IMG/VR virus record: IMGVR_UViG_2883843030_000002
Coordinates: 1-64,000 of that record
Length of the DNA: 64,000 nucleotides
Direction: 5' to 3' (one strand)
DNA from: a virus
Lineage: Duplodnaviria; Caudoviricetes
A model generated the notes under the pieces. That model was not told where the DNA came from. It made no database searches and saw only the letters and a program-made list of their open reading frames with translations. Of the stretch, positions 25,401-34,272 are shown piece by piece. Each line of letters starts with the position of its first letter. Positions within the stretch are counted from its first letter, which is position 1. Made by a program: the position numbers and the translations under genes.

Positions 25401-27618
25401 CCGCTTCTGCGAAGTATGGAGTGAAGTCGAACTTGAACGTGTAGTTTGTCGCTGAGGTCGATGAATTCTGATTGACATTCTCGCTCCATAAGGAAAGCCC
25501 GGTTGTTGCGTCGATGATTTCGAGACGACGGATGACGCCCAATACCTCTGTATCGCCATCGAATGTAACAGACTTAATGGCAGCATTTGCTATGATGTCA
25601 GAACCAAACGCTGCGTATATGGCAGGGTTCTCGAGGTATATAGAGAGCGTGGAGCCACTTGCGGAGCCCGAACCGGTGCTTTTGGGGAGCATGATGGGAT
25701 CGCCCATTTCGTTGCCTCGCTTGTCAACAGCCTTGATTATATGGTTGTCGGCATCTTGGTCGAGGTCAAGATGGTCGAAAGCTGATTGTTGCATTTCGTA
25801 GGCCCCCCCTGTTGAAAATGCGTCTTTGCCACCGTTTTCGGGCTGGTCTGAGGTTTTTACAGCACCGCCGCCGCCAAACTCTTTCCAGAGTTCTTTGTTG
25901 GCAAAGTCGGTTACTTCTCCGGTAAATTGGTAGGTTTCCCATTTGTATTCTTCGGCACGAAATGTCAATATAAGACCACTCTTGGCGTAAGTGATGCCGG
26001 AAGACTGCTGTGTCGAGAGTATTGCATCAATGGCACTGTCTTTCGTGTAGTAGCCGGTTACGGTTCGGGGGCAGAGATTATCTACATTGATAATAGCCTC
26101 TGCGCCGGCGGACATCCCTGCAAGGTCTATCCAATTCTTGGTACTCTTGAACTGGGCCTCGGTCACGTTGGGACCGACATATTGATATGTTTTCCAAGAG
26201 CCAGCACTAATGGCGAATGTAATCTGCAAACCGAGCAATGCTTTGTCGGCTGCAAAAACTGCATTGAGGACATTGTGAGTTTGTGTTTCAGCCATTATGT
26301 CCGAGTAATACTCTCCGTCTGGGAGGGGTATTTCTACCGTGGCGTTGAACGTATTGCCGACAGCTGCCCCACCTCCGCCAAATGGTTTCCATTGGGTGAC
26401 GTCATTCCAATCGGCATCTTCGTCGAACACATTCTTCTGCCACTGGTATGCTACCCATTTGTATTTCTCCTCGCCATTACTGCCGAGTTCAGCCATGAGA
26501 AAGGTAACTACTGCACCATAGGCTTGGTAAGCTTCATCAACTGAGCTTACTGCACTCTGGAGTGTGTAGAATGGTTCGTCTGTGTCATAGAGCGCATTCA
26601 GGTTGAGGAACAGCGTAGCCATGAGCTGGTGGCTATGGTTCGACAACTGATTTCTATTCTCGATTGACTGCTCGTAGGCCTCTTTACCCTTGTCTCCGGG
26701 GAAAGCAGTGTTTGCGGTCTCTCCGAGCGCGAGGTCATTTCCGATTATTACGAGTTCACTACTACTCCAACGAAAGGTCTTGTTGTCAGAGGTGCTGATA
26801 TAAACTTTGCCAGACTCTGGGGTAACACCATCTGCTGTAACTACCCCAAAATTTTCCTTATCGGCCCAGTCAGAATAATACTTGAACACCGCCATGTTGA
26901 GTTCGAGGTGTCCTTCTTTATCAGTCCAGTAATCACTGAGTCCGGGACGGAGTATGCCACCAGGAATCGTAGGCGTTGACATTTCGACATCATCTGCCTG
27001 CACCGACGGAATGTCTGCCACCGTAGTTCCTCGGAGGGGACGCAGAACGCCGCCCCAGTCTATAACAGAATCTTGAGCATAAATCGTACTTACTGCAAGT
27101 ATGAACTTGTTTGTTTCCTTGTTATACACAAGCATTGCACCGGGCGTGGTTGACTTTGCGCCTGTCGGAGAGTCTTGGATTGTGATACCTTCGACCATAG
27201 CGTGAAACTCAACAACATCGTCAACGAAACCAGGAAGGTATGCTGCCGGCACTTTTGCGTTGGCATCGAGAGGAGCAATGCCGCTTGGCATACCTTTGGA
27301 ATCGGTAACTTTCTTAGCTGCTTCGGCTGTACTTTTAGCTGTGTCGGCAGTAGACTGGGCCGCTGTTGCTTTTGTTTTTGCATCTTTGGCCTCATTGTAT
27401 GCAGTAGTAGCCGTGTTTGATGCTACTGTTACAGCCTGTTGAAGCGTGTTGTCTTTAGATGCTCGTTCACTCGTTTCTGTGGAAAGCGATTGGTCGACGT
27501 TCTCGATGATGTCAACAAGGACTTTTCCGACTCGCTCTGCCGTGTTTTTGCCCTCACCGTCCTCATATCTGATAAGGTCGGCTTGGTTTTTGAGATTGGT
27601 TTTATTATTCAGACCCAT
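19429..27618 (-). CDS. Giant tail / receptor-binding protein (2729 aa), DGR target with C-terminal CLec-like VR domain
   Basis: Follows the head genes; ends with GIQNFVGCNWE...VGRS...SRLAF, typical of DGR C-type-lectin folds; LRR-like segment. Confidence 0.88.
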   Translation of the reverse strand: MGLNNKTNLKNQADLIRYEDGEGKNTAERVGKVLVDIIENVDQSLSTETSERASKDNTLQQAVTVASNTATTAYNEAKDAKTKATAAQSTADTAKSTAEAAKKVTDSKGMPSGIAPLDANAKVPAAYLPGFVDDVVEFHAMVEGITIQDSPTGAKSTTPGAMLVYNKETNKFILAVSTIYAQDSVIDWGGVLRPLRGTTVADIPSVQADDVEMSTPTIPGGILRPGLSDYWTDKEGHLELNMAVFKYYSDWADKENFGVVTADGVTPESGKVYISTSDNKTFRWSSSELVIIGNDLALGETANTAFPGDKGKEAYEQSIENRNQLSNHSHQLMATLFLNLNALYDTDEPFYTLQSAVSSVDEAYQAYGAVVTFLMAELGSNGEEKYKWVAYQWQKNVFDEDADWNDVTQWKPFGGGGAAVGNTFNATVEIPLPDGEYYSDIMAETQTHNVLNAVFAADKALLGLQITFAISAGSWKTYQYVGPNVTEAQFKSTKNWIDLAGMSAGAEAIINVDNLCPRTVTGYYTKDSAIDAILSTQQSSGITYAKSGLILTFRAEEYKWETYQFTGEVTDFANKELWKEFGGGGAVKTSDQPENGGKDAFSTGGAYEMQQSAFDHLDLDQDADNHIIKAVDKRGNEMGDPIMLPKSTGSGSASGSTLSIYLENPAIYAAFGSDIIANAAIKSVTFDGDTEVLGVIRRLEIIDATTGLSLWSENVNQNSSTSATNYTFKFDFTPYFAEAAQRDFTIVAYDAEGNVKRRTVTVTAVDVTCTSVQTINYTSSSVLEVGGSSKNLLMYKFANNVSKQGVKVMTEIYLDGEWKKLGEATITDSYSHSISIDPCNVLGGGERLEHGSYPIRISGEDVASGVKGNTIYSTIMCVDSKSNVPIVALRYNDVNNGIVRLYDNLELEIAAYTPGKEPTTVEVYMNGEEIISNDCYISQTYPIRKQIQGYDTDGSTIIQFYAKSGASQTSPISVRVVGSAISAIIKEGALFGYDFASRSNSEADHTITNNGYTMDVIGANWSSNGFATYLNENCLRIAENVKARIPYAPFGSAATERTNGMAFQFAFATNNVKDEDAKLMECYDPNSGAGFYICGNKIVVCCKNGTPSQITRSFRCSEKVTVGIVVEPSTITVNRGSTDYSTIKLYVDGEEIGAIGYVSNSGAILNQKQISFDGTDGDFYLYYTLAYDSYYEWAQAFQNYLCKLTDTNAMIAEFDAENVLDNQNRPSMDLLKEKGFPYYVVVAPQATFDSFDSDIDTKTNFLCTLYYFHPTLPWRSFKAENVRWRRQGTTSAKRPIKNDRFYLCKEKNWKITALNPDYTNADALKTYELFSIGYVRVIENSIPVAILTVKVDYSDSSMANDCGVCDMMNATFRALGSDYITPAQRAFDGTWSKSGISVTGLQMNHSTANHPIAAFRATNDSLSDAWFHARGNWKEDKGEQVALGFKDTSGYNKGCRNYGDFVEFFGKATFNSAGKFQSQETLTEIMARFKTTEGLDTSKLYLLSQYCGRDYIFMRHSGGEWARCTGSMKQVNGKWQIIGDVLNPVSGYELITYDAMDWFMGVGSIDDMMAPVETQSSWVSKLSLGQQSYPAWTQYFECMIDDDQLQEDLAMGRKVPYELFNVLKFCDSCDYSKAALSATWKQLWRDNAWRYMSIQSLLAYYTFTDYLAAVDQQAKNMQPMFFLEDGCWVENGEYHSPSAMEPIRMYFNKVYDCDTCNGKDNDGGNTIPAELDPAEDDKCYAGRGSILWNNLRRCDNQEMVANAMGGTLTLPGVVDLMRNLPEVDGIGAGPFSPKGANYYFVQKRIAFWPKVVCTFDCERKYIKYSELYTDIYYYALHGSGRQSLPRFIEQRWRIRDGYYQTGDFKDASHVLGGRIGAKTGAVIRFRAAKSGYFGIGNDGGNVTQGMYLKAGEQGTFTNFQHGDNILLYIYQADQMSEIDLSQISLDPNFQFSQMKLAEKIVIGSTNHRQSWRLSPGNTGFLTNMNLGDLPFLTHLDVRTTEVASINAAKCPRLESVLASGSELTNISTAETSPISTLELPATMTELNFINLPNLTYPGGLTIAGMSSVNRLMLAGCPNVDPYTLISGIVGSSNLRYLRLPDVNITAPSSILKSLRASGAIGLDPTGSAYEESNQCSGVTGRWIMEDLIDDTELDKTKPNSLAAYFPQLTLFNSQYSCVRFDDTDDDCQNITNLDNGTSKEDYEPSGHFVKIFDAAHPYRCTYDSRESKLLARQIMDTNYNLMANGTEYDPTDQAGEGFDVMLGFGLYWYKGVNDFKNQKKYLFACSFASLPLSTAMKTNRKKLADILVKAYSCVYTSNNGTALSKGEDYEIVDNANMNVYELEVEGMKQVRWPGLNNAQIGAVFVDENDKVVGTFNMAVSHSLFDFSIGDYVFCDVPSGAKKIVFTSPTGFDNLEAIAVDSAAIEAIEPDWVWVPMRFVGIYGMSVDALMRPRSISGVKTRTGTGTSVTNADWKYDNEGNITNTSVPTSTMNYTYADILNLIEMRGKGFHGISYEISKDIANLVMALTGTRDIQAYAGYGCGSQYVTGQNNFNSYGKVTRKYSGSNIGNIIFGIQNFVGCNWEVMDFIAANVPSFAQYKKDKRIATSSYPLDAKYHVVRNYQTKEESVIQGLNTSGYCIGRVKFGRYCDIIASRVTTDNSKWNKNYSDGYYYTNDRGRCVGRSYYSANANGGLVFSSAYYASSSSSTSVSSRLAFSGNFEIVESAESAA
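19480..19589 (-). repeat. DGR variable repeat VR1
   Basis: 110 bp colinear with TR, 12 substitutions all at TR adenines. Confidence 0.96.
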
Positions 27619-27632
27619 AGTAAGATTGTTTT

Positions 27633-28148
27633 TTAACTTCCTATTTTGCGAATGGTGCAGCCACCAGCGGAGATCACTCGACGGTTACGTCCTGATTGGA
27701 AAAGATTTTGAGATTTACAAAAGGCAACACACTCGTTGAGATAGTGGTGTGCTACTTCAAGAGCGTTGTTGTAGCAATCTGACCGCTCTTTACTCGAAAT
27801 TTCACGAGAGTAGTCGCCTTGCTTTACGACAGTGCCGAAGCGGGTACTTTGGAAGTCTCCTGTCATTACATTCTGCGCATACACATAGTATGAGAGTGCG
27901 ACTTTGAGACCCATAAAAGACCGCATTTCTCCATTACAGTCATTGTATGTGCCGCCATTAAGCAGGAGCTTGTATATGTCGTTACTGTCGCCTTCGGCGA
28001 GGATTTTTAAGAACAACGCGTCTCCGAGTGCCGGCTTAATATTCATTTGCTCAGCTTCGGTGATGTATGCGAGTAATTTTGAATCTTCGACCTTACCGAT
28101 GGGTCGGCCAAGTGTTACTACTTCTTCAGGGCTTATTATGTGCTCCAT
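27633..28148 (-). CDS. Head-tail connector / adaptor protein (putative)
   Basis: YITEAEQMNIKPALG..GLKVALSYYVYA; follows the portal. Confidence 0.6.
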   Translation of the reverse strand: MEHIISPEEVVTLGRPIGKVEDSKLLAYITEAEQMNIKPALGDALFLKILAEGDSNDIYKLLLNGGTYNDCNGEMRSFMGLKVALSYYVYAQNVMTGDFQSTRFGTVVKQGDYSREISSKERSDCYNNALEVAHHYLNECVAFCKSQNLFQSGRNRRVISAGGCTIRKIGS

Positions 28149-29325
28149 CGCTTTCGTTTGATTGGTTGCTCACATAGACCAAAGGCTGAATCGAGTAGTC
28201 ACCGTTTGGGTTGACTTCTTCATACCAGTGGTCGAATATCTTTTTCAGTGCTCGAGATATGGCACGTCTCTCTTTGGCGACATACGAGTTGTAATACTCG
28301 TAGGCTTCTTTGACTGCCGTTCCACTCCAACCAGTCTTGCCAGTGCGTATGAGATACCATGGCTCTTGGCCGAAAGCTGAATAGATTCGCTCGGTCGTAC
28401 TTTTTTCCGTAGAGTCGAACTTATCATCAAAGTTGGTGGATTCAAACGGAACAAATTCCGGCTTATCTTCTTCAGAATTATAGGTTACATCTATGATGGA
28501 ACAGGCATTTACATCGCCTTGGAATGCATCAAGGCTCTTAACGAAGTCTATGTCGTCAAGAGTCGATTCATTCCTTGTATCTCCATTATCATCAAGGCCG
28601 GTCGCCACCCCCTTTTTGTGCATGAGCATACCTGACATCAGGAAGTTATTTCGGGTGTTGCGATATTTGACGTTATCCAGTCCTTCGTCTGTCGAAAGAT
28701 TGGTCACCACTTTGTCGTAAATCGGTTTAGGATACTCGAAACGACCATCCATGGAGTACCAAAGAATTTGGCCCTTATATTTGTCAATACCGCCGGATTT
28801 GACGATTTGAGCAAGGATTACTTCTTTAATGGGATTGAACGTGTATATTTTATCCACATGTCCCTTATCCACAAGGATTTTATTACCCTTACGCGTCTTA
28901 TGGCCAGTCCAGTCCGGATGTATATTTATGTAAGTTACCGATCCGCTTTCGGTTTCTTCCTCAAGACGACAGTTTTGGAACGGTATATGGTTAAGTTCTA
29001 CGATTTCGCAAGCAAGATTGTAATTGACATGAAGTGCGAAACCATGATATAATGCCATATCCTGAGCTATAAGTCCCAATATATCGTCGACTGTATCTCC
29101 GGCTCTATTTACGACATATTCTGAAAAGTTGGTGTCGTTTAATCCGTTACCTTCTATGAATGTCTGATAGCGGTCACAACATCCTCCCCCTGTCGGACTA
29201 TTCAATATCAAGTCTAGCATACGCTGAGGATATAGGTTATCCTTTCCGTATGCCTGGATATTGAGAGTACTCCAGTAGGCGGTTGTGAGACGCTTGGGAG
29301 AACGTTTGACGCTATTTATATTCAT
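28126..29325 (-). CDS. Portal protein
   Basis: YGKDNLYP..FIEGNG..HIPFQNCRL motifs of Bacteroidota phage portals; 399 aa. Confidence 0.75.
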   Translation of the reverse strand: MNINSVKRSPKRLTTAYWSTLNIQAYGKDNLYPQRMLDLILNSPTGGGCCDRYQTFIEGNGLNDTNFSEYVVNRAGDTVDDILGLIAQDMALYHGFALHVNYNLACEIVELNHIPFQNCRLEEETESGSVTYINIHPDWTGHKTRKGNKILVDKGHVDKIYTFNPIKEVILAQIVKSGGIDKYKGQILWYSMDGRFEYPKPIYDKVVTNLSTDEGLDNVKYRNTRNNFLMSGMLMHKKGVATGLDDNGDTRNESTLDDIDFVKSLDAFQGDVNACSIIDVTYNSEEDKPEFVPFESTNFDDKFDSTEKSTTERIYSAFGQEPWYLIRTGKTGWSGTAVKEAYEYYNSYVAKERRAISRALKKIFDHWYEEVNPNGDYSIQPLVYVSNQSNESDGAHNKP

Positions 29326-29331
29326 CGAGTA

Positions 29332-30144
29332 TTACTCGGTGTCCTTGGCACCGTTGTTTTTGAGCCGGGTGTTGGCTGCTTTGAGTGCGCGGTTGTCGGT
29401 TTTGAGGGTTGCGATTTCTTCGTTGGCTGCATCGAGATCGGCTTTTGCTGTTTCCAGTTCCATGCGAAGCAGAGCCACATCTTCGGACTCTACACCTTCT
29501 CCGTCCGAAGCCGTTTGATTGCCGGTTTTGGCATTGAGTTCTTCGATGCGCTTTTCGAGGTTGGTATTTTCCTCCTCGAGTTCTCTGACTTTGTTTTCAG
29601 CCTCTGTGCGCAATAATTCAGCTTTTGCGGCTGCTTCCTGCGCTTCTGTAAGTTGGACTTTAAGGTTTTCAATCTCTTCGGAATTATCTGCTGCCGGAGT
29701 AACTTTCTCTACTTCCTCATGAGTCTTTTTTGCTTCGATTTCCGCAACTTTCCGTTTTGCGAAAGCGGCGGCGCGTGCTTCCCAATCGTCAGGATAATGG
29801 GCATACTTGTTGATTTCATCGGGGAAATTGCTTAGGTGTTCCTCAGCCACTTCGTCGGATATGGGATTTGTATAAAATTTTGATGTGCCGAATGGGTGGA
29901 TTAAGGCTCCGCCTTTGAGCACATAGTTTGGCGTCTTGGGCATGGTCTTTGTTTTTTTAAGATGGTTGACAATGATGACGTAAGCGTCACGGTAACAATC
30001 GCTACAGCCGGTTTTGGTAATGTCCTTACCGAACAGCTTCCTGTGTAGCGAGTCAAGTAGCAACCTGTCTGAAGAAGAGAAGCCGCTCTGGAAACGGCTT
30101 CTCATTTCAGACAATCGCTGCATAGTATCTTCGTAACTACTCAT
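29332..30144 (-). CDS. Hypothetical protein with CxxC and a long coiled coil
   Basis: GCSDC; EAQEAAAKAE.. heptads. Confidence 0.75.
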   Translation of the reverse strand: MSSYEDTMQRLSEMRSRFQSGFSSSDRLLLDSLHRKLFGKDITKTGCSDCYRDAYVIIVNHLKKTKTMPKTPNYVLKGGALIHPFGTSKFYTNPISDEVAEEHLSNFPDEINKYAHYPDDWEARAAAFAKRKVAEIEAKKTHEEVEKVTPAADNSEEIENLKVQLTEAQEAAAKAELLRTEAENKVRELEEENTNLEKRIEELNAKTGNQTASDGEGVESEDVALLRMELETAKADLDAANEEIATLKTDNRALKAANTRLKNNGAKDTE

Positions 30145-30152
30145 ATGGCAGA

Positions 30153-30749
30153 CTATGAGCCGCTGACGAGAGATTCAAGGGCTGTGCGGGTTGCTGCAAG
30201 GCTTTCGGCATAGAGGAAAATGCCTGATGTGGGAGCATTCTCTTCCTGGAGTGTGGCAAGCCAACCGCCTTCGGTATCGTCAGAATACTTGTCGTCATCT
30301 AGGGCTGTAGCCGTGAGACCGGCTTCAAGTCCATAGATTTCAAAAGTATTCTTGTTGTCGGAGCCTGGGAATTTATTCTCCAGTACGACAACGAACGTAC
30401 CATTGGCAAGCTGGTCTATGATGTTGTGGGACACATCAGGACCATTGTCCAGGATGACGATTGATACGTCTTTGTTGAATCGGTTTCGATATGTTCCGGC
30501 TGACAGAGTTTTCTTCGTGCCAGTGTAGGGACTCTTGCCGGGAACATACATTTTGTAGGCCTTTTTACCAGTCTTCAAAATGAGTGACTTCACGATGTTG
30601 GGATTCTGAGCGTCACGGGCGGCGGCCTCAAAATCGATGTCGTTGTAGTTCATGATGAAACCATACGACTTGATACCTTTTACCGGCTTTACGGCACAGC
30701 TGGCCACCAGGTCGGCGGCCAACTGGTAATCACAACTTTCTGTAGCCAT
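30153..30749 (-). CDS. Structural protein, probable major tail tube
   Basis: Follows the capsid gene; FVVVLENK..FEIYG..GL beta-rich pattern. Confidence 0.55.
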   Translation of the reverse strand: MATESCDYQLAADLVASCAVKPVKGIKSYGFIMNYNDIDFEAAARDAQNPNIVKSLILKTGKKAYKMYVPGKSPYTGTKKTLSAGTYRNRFNKDVSIVILDNGPDVSHNIIDQLANGTFVVVLENKFPGSDNKNTFEIYGLEAGLTATALDDDKYSDDTEGGWLATLQEENAPTSGIFLYAESLAATRTALESLVSGS

Positions 30750-30760
30750 ATCTCCGAGAT

Positions 30761-31825
30761 TTAGATTGCAACCTGGACGAGCGCGTCTTCACCTACGAGA
30801 GTACCGATCTTAGATGCGGCGTAGATGTAGTTCTTGCGGTCCACGTCGTTGAATGTGACACTGAGGTTTGCGATTTTGTCCTTGTCGTTCGTACCCACGA
30901 AGAGATTCTCAGGGGAGCAGACGATAGCACGGTGCGGGCAGTTCAGGGCTGTACCGGTGTCCTCGTACTTGGCAATCATGCGGTCCCAGATGTCAATAGC
31001 ATAGATGGGACGACCGTCATACTGCGAGAGGGTGATGCCGGCACCTACGTTCTCGAACGGCATTGTAGTTCGACCATAGCGTTCCACGATGTCGGTGCGG
31101 AGGGCCTTGAACAGCGACGAAGTGCAGAATATAGCGGACTTATCGTCATCAAAGATGCGGGAATCTGCGTCAGCCAAAAGATTGTCGAAAATTTTGATTG
31201 CGGTGCCCGCTGAGAGAATTCCGTCTTTCTGTTTTGCATAGGTGGCCTCAGCGTTGGCTGCAATTTCTGTTTGCTGCTTGCTGTTTGCTGCGATAATCGC
31301 CTGAAGACGCTTCCACAGACCGTCACACATATTGAAGAGGGTGGGATCCACTCCGGCTTTGAGAACACCTCCGCCGGCAATATTCTTGGCATCCTTGTCT
31401 CCGAACCACACGATACGCCAGAACATTTCGCGAATAGCTCTCTGGAGAAGTGGCATGAGCAAAACATCCCAATAGGGAGTGTCCTGAAGATAAGCACGTT
31501 CTGTGCCAGTGTTGAGGGAAGATTCTGCGATGGTATCCTCAAGGTCCTGATAGCAGATTTCCTTGGGGATTTCCCAGTCGCCGAGTTCCCATTCCTTCTG
31601 AATGCCGGTGATGTTGACTTTGGAGTAGGTCGGGTCGCAACCGCCACCTTTCTGGCCAACGTCGCCGAGGTCGTTGATGTAGCCGAGCTTTTCACCGTTC
31701 TTTACACCAGTTTTGGTGGTTACAGTCAGGTCGATGTCGGGATCATCAAACACCGTGAGGAAGAGCAATTCGCGAAGGTCCGTGATTGCCCCGTTGTCTA
31801 CGGTAAATTGACTCCAGTTTATCAT
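30761..31825 (-). CDS. Major capsid protein
   Basis: 354 aa directly after the protease/scaffold gene; RIVWFGD..DGLWK HK97-fold-type motif. Confidence 0.8.
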   Translation of the reverse strand: MINWSQFTVDNGAITDLRELLFLTVFDDPDIDLTVTTKTGVKNGEKLGYINDLGDVGQKGGGCDPTYSKVNITGIQKEWELGDWEIPKEICYQDLEDTIAESSLNTGTERAYLQDTPYWDVLLMPLLQRAIREMFWRIVWFGDKDAKNIAGGGVLKAGVDPTLFNMCDGLWKRLQAIIAANSKQQTEIAANAEATYAKQKDGILSAGTAIKIFDNLLADADSRIFDDDKSAIFCTSSLFKALRTDIVERYGRTTMPFENVGAGITLSQYDGRPIYAIDIWDRMIAKYEDTGTALNCPHRAIVCSPENLFVGTNDKDKIANLSVTFNDVDRKNYIYAASKIGTLVGEDALVQVAI

Positions 31826-31855
31826 AATTTCTGGTTAAATGGTTACACGATTGGT

Positions 31856-33181
31856 TTACTTTTTACCACGTTTCTCGCGTTTTGCGGTGGTAGCCTCGCG
31901 GCGTTCACGGATAGCCTTCTGAGTCTTTGACTCAGTGGGTGTCGCTTGGCCTCCACCGGCGGGTGCTCCATGAGAAACGAAGCGGCGGTTGGTAGGGGTG
32001 AAAGATGAGCGCATGCCGATGGTTGCGTCAAGCCATGCCATGCCTCCGGCCTTGTTGACTTTAGCAACGATGGGACGGGCACTCTTGAGCTCTGTTTCCT
32101 GCTTTTCAATGGTCGCCTGCAGCTCTTCGACAGTCGCCTGCAGCTCTTCCACCTGTGGTGCATTCTCTTCGGGAGAGGCGTCCGGGTCGATTTCTTTGAG
32201 GCGTCCGGTGAGTTCAGCGATGATGGCGCGAATCTCGTCAGGGTCGTCCATAGAGTCGATGGGGTCGGGTTCGTCGTCATTCTGCTCGGGATCGATGATG
32301 TCGGTGATGATTTCACCTTCGACTACGACCTTTACGCCGTCGTCGAGAACATAGGTACCGTCAGGATAGGCAACGTCGCCAATCTGCGGATCGCCGTCTT
32401 CACGTTCTACCGTGAACTCATTGCCGTCGGCTGCAGTCACAACCTGGGCTTTCGCACGAGCGATGCCGGCTTTGGCAAGAAAGCGAGCGAAAGCAGAGGG
32501 CTTCTTTTCAGCAGGGCTACCTGCTTGGGGTTTGGGTTTAGCCATAGTTTTGTTATTGGTTTGAGATTTGATATTTCGTTTCCTAAGTCTGTGAGCGGTC
32601 GTGGGTACGAGAATGTGGCTGATAAAACCAAGTTCTTGGGCGCGGTCTGCGTCGATGAACGTGTTCTTATCCATGAGAGCTTGTAATGCTTTGCGATTGG
32701 CTCCAGTACGTTCCACATAGAGATCCAAAATGCGGTCTTGCTCTTCACGCAGTGCTTTTGACTGCACTTCGAGCTCAGTAATAAGAGCATCGAGCTTATC
32801 AGGTGTGTAGCGGAGAGGCAGGTCTGTCATCAGATACTCGTATGCTGGATTGTGCAAGCACATACGCATATTCTTGTTTGCGTACCGCCGTTCAGCAGGT
32901 GCTGCAAGAAGTATTACTGAGGCGATGGAGGAACATTCGCCCTCAACCGTTGCAGATACGGTCTTACCCGACCGGCGGAGAGCATCGTAGATAGCCCAAC
33001 CCTCACCACAGTCGCCGCCGCAGCAATGAATTCGCACGTCGATGACGTTGTCATCTTCCGGTATAGCGTCGATGAACTCCTGCACGTCTTTGTAGCAAAC
33101 CCCCTCGGGGCCGCCCATAGACACCGTGAAGGTCTTCTGTTCCTCGTCCACTATGTCGCTGTAGATTTTGAGTTTTGCCAT
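31856..33181 (-). CDS. ClpP-type head maturation protease fused to a scaffolding domain
   Basis: IHCCGGD..GWAIYDAL, EGECSSIASVI, LHNP, ELGFI; acidic coiled-coil C-half; start at MAKLKI. Confidence 0.88.
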   Translation of the reverse strand: MAKLKIYSDIVDEEQKTFTVSMGGPEGVCYKDVQEFIDAIPEDDNVIDVRIHCCGGDCGEGWAIYDALRRSGKTVSATVEGECSSIASVILLAAPAERRYANKNMRMCLHNPAYEYLMTDLPLRYTPDKLDALITELEVQSKALREEQDRILDLYVERTGANRKALQALMDKNTFIDADRAQELGFISHILVPTTAHRLRKRNIKSQTNNKTMAKPKPQAGSPAEKKPSAFARFLAKAGIARAKAQVVTAADGNEFTVEREDGDPQIGDVAYPDGTYVLDDGVKVVVEGEIITDIIDPEQNDDEPDPIDSMDDPDEIRAIIAELTGRLKEIDPDASPEENAPQVEELQATVEELQATIEKQETELKSARPIVAKVNKAGGMAWLDATIGMRSSFTPTNRRFVSHGAPAGGGQATPTESKTQKAIRERREATTAKREKRGKK

Positions 33182-33214
33182 TGCAGGATTGGTGTTGTTA
33201 GTATAATTCAATGT

Positions 33215-33222
33215 CAAAGTTA
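33215..33222 (-). promoter_or_regulatory. -7 promoter box TAACTTTG for the head operon
   Basis: Consensus match ~34 nt before the ATG. Confidence 0.6.
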
Positions 33223-33444
33223 AGCATGGATTATGAGCTATAAATCAAGGTCTTATGAGAATGAGGTGCAATGATTGATGCAGTGCTTTTAGGGGCGATT
33301 ATCGGACGCCAAATATTTATGTATCAAACACTTCGCAAGAATGGCAAATGTGTCGTAAGAATATCACCGGTGAGAGGCGGGCAGTCCTCGTCGAAACCAC
33401 TATTTTCAGGTTATGGTGTGTTTCCAAAACAAAATGAAACAAAA

Positions 33445-33469
33445 AAGGCCCGGCGATATGCCGAGCCTT
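33445..33469 (-). terminator. Intrinsic terminator ending the early block
   Basis: AAGGCTCGGC-ATATC-GCCGGGCCTTTTTT on the minus strand. Confidence 0.8.
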
Positions 33470-33513
33470 GTCAGTGAAATAACAGTTTCACTCGTTTATG
33501 TATTTTGTTGAGT

Positions 33514-33810
33514 TTATTCCTCTCCCGCTGGTGTGAATTTAAGTTCGCAATCGAACATTCCGATATAGTCGGCCTGATCAATTATTTCTATATCTCCGGT
33601 AATGGCATATCTGCCTTCGGATGTTCTTTCCACATCAAAGTATAATTGGTAATCCATTTCGTCAATGGCTACTGATAGAATTGAACCGTCCGCAGATGCA
33701 ATTCGAGCACAGTAAACAGCTATTATTTCTTGGAGGGATCTCGTGGAAATATCTTTTTTGATTTCTACGAGCCTAACAGTCGCTGATTTTATGATACTAT
33801 CGATGTCCAT
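33514..33810 (-). CDS. Hypothetical protein
   Basis: ORF in operon. Confidence 0.7.
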   Translation of the reverse strand: MDIDSIIKSATVRLVEIKKDISTRSLQEIIAVYCARIASADGSILSVAIDEMDYQLYFDVERTSEGRYAITGDIEIIDQADYIGMFDCELKFTPAGEE

Positions 33811-34262
33811 TAGAAAGTTGGGAATTGGTAATTGGCGAAGAGTGATACCCGCTTTGTCATGATGTCTTTCAATATGGGGATGAACTCGTTTAACTGTACC
33901 GCGATAATCTGAAGCCTTTCACAATCATCCTTATCGAGCATGCTTAGAGCGGGGTTGGACGCAATGTCGCATAGCCCGTTTCTGATGGCGGACAAATGGA
34001 GCAAAGATGTTGCCAAACACATTCTGCCTTGAGGCTCTTCGGGACTCATGCAGTTCGTAAGACCTTCGGCAAGTTTCTTTTGAGCTTGGTGCGCGGATAT
34101 CCGTGTTATACCTTTACCCTCGCCGGGCCACCTATGAGCGTGTTGCTCGACGATATACGTTGTGCCGTCAGAAACAAGGTGTTTAGCTCCTACGATGGTC
34201 TTTTTGCGTGGAGCCCGGCGTGTAACTTCGGTGGTTACAATAGTTGTTGTAGTTTCTTTCAT
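33810..34262 (-). CDS. Hypothetical protein
   Basis: Stop/start overlap. Confidence 0.7.
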   Translation of the reverse strand: MKETTTTIVTTEVTRRAPRKKTIVGAKHLVSDGTTYIVEQHAHRWPGEGKGITRISAHQAQKKLAEGLTNCMSPEEPQGRMCLATSLLHLSAIRNGLCDIASNPALSMLDKDDCERLQIIAVQLNEFIPILKDIMTKRVSLFANYQFPTF

Positions 34263-34272
34263 ATGTTCGGAT

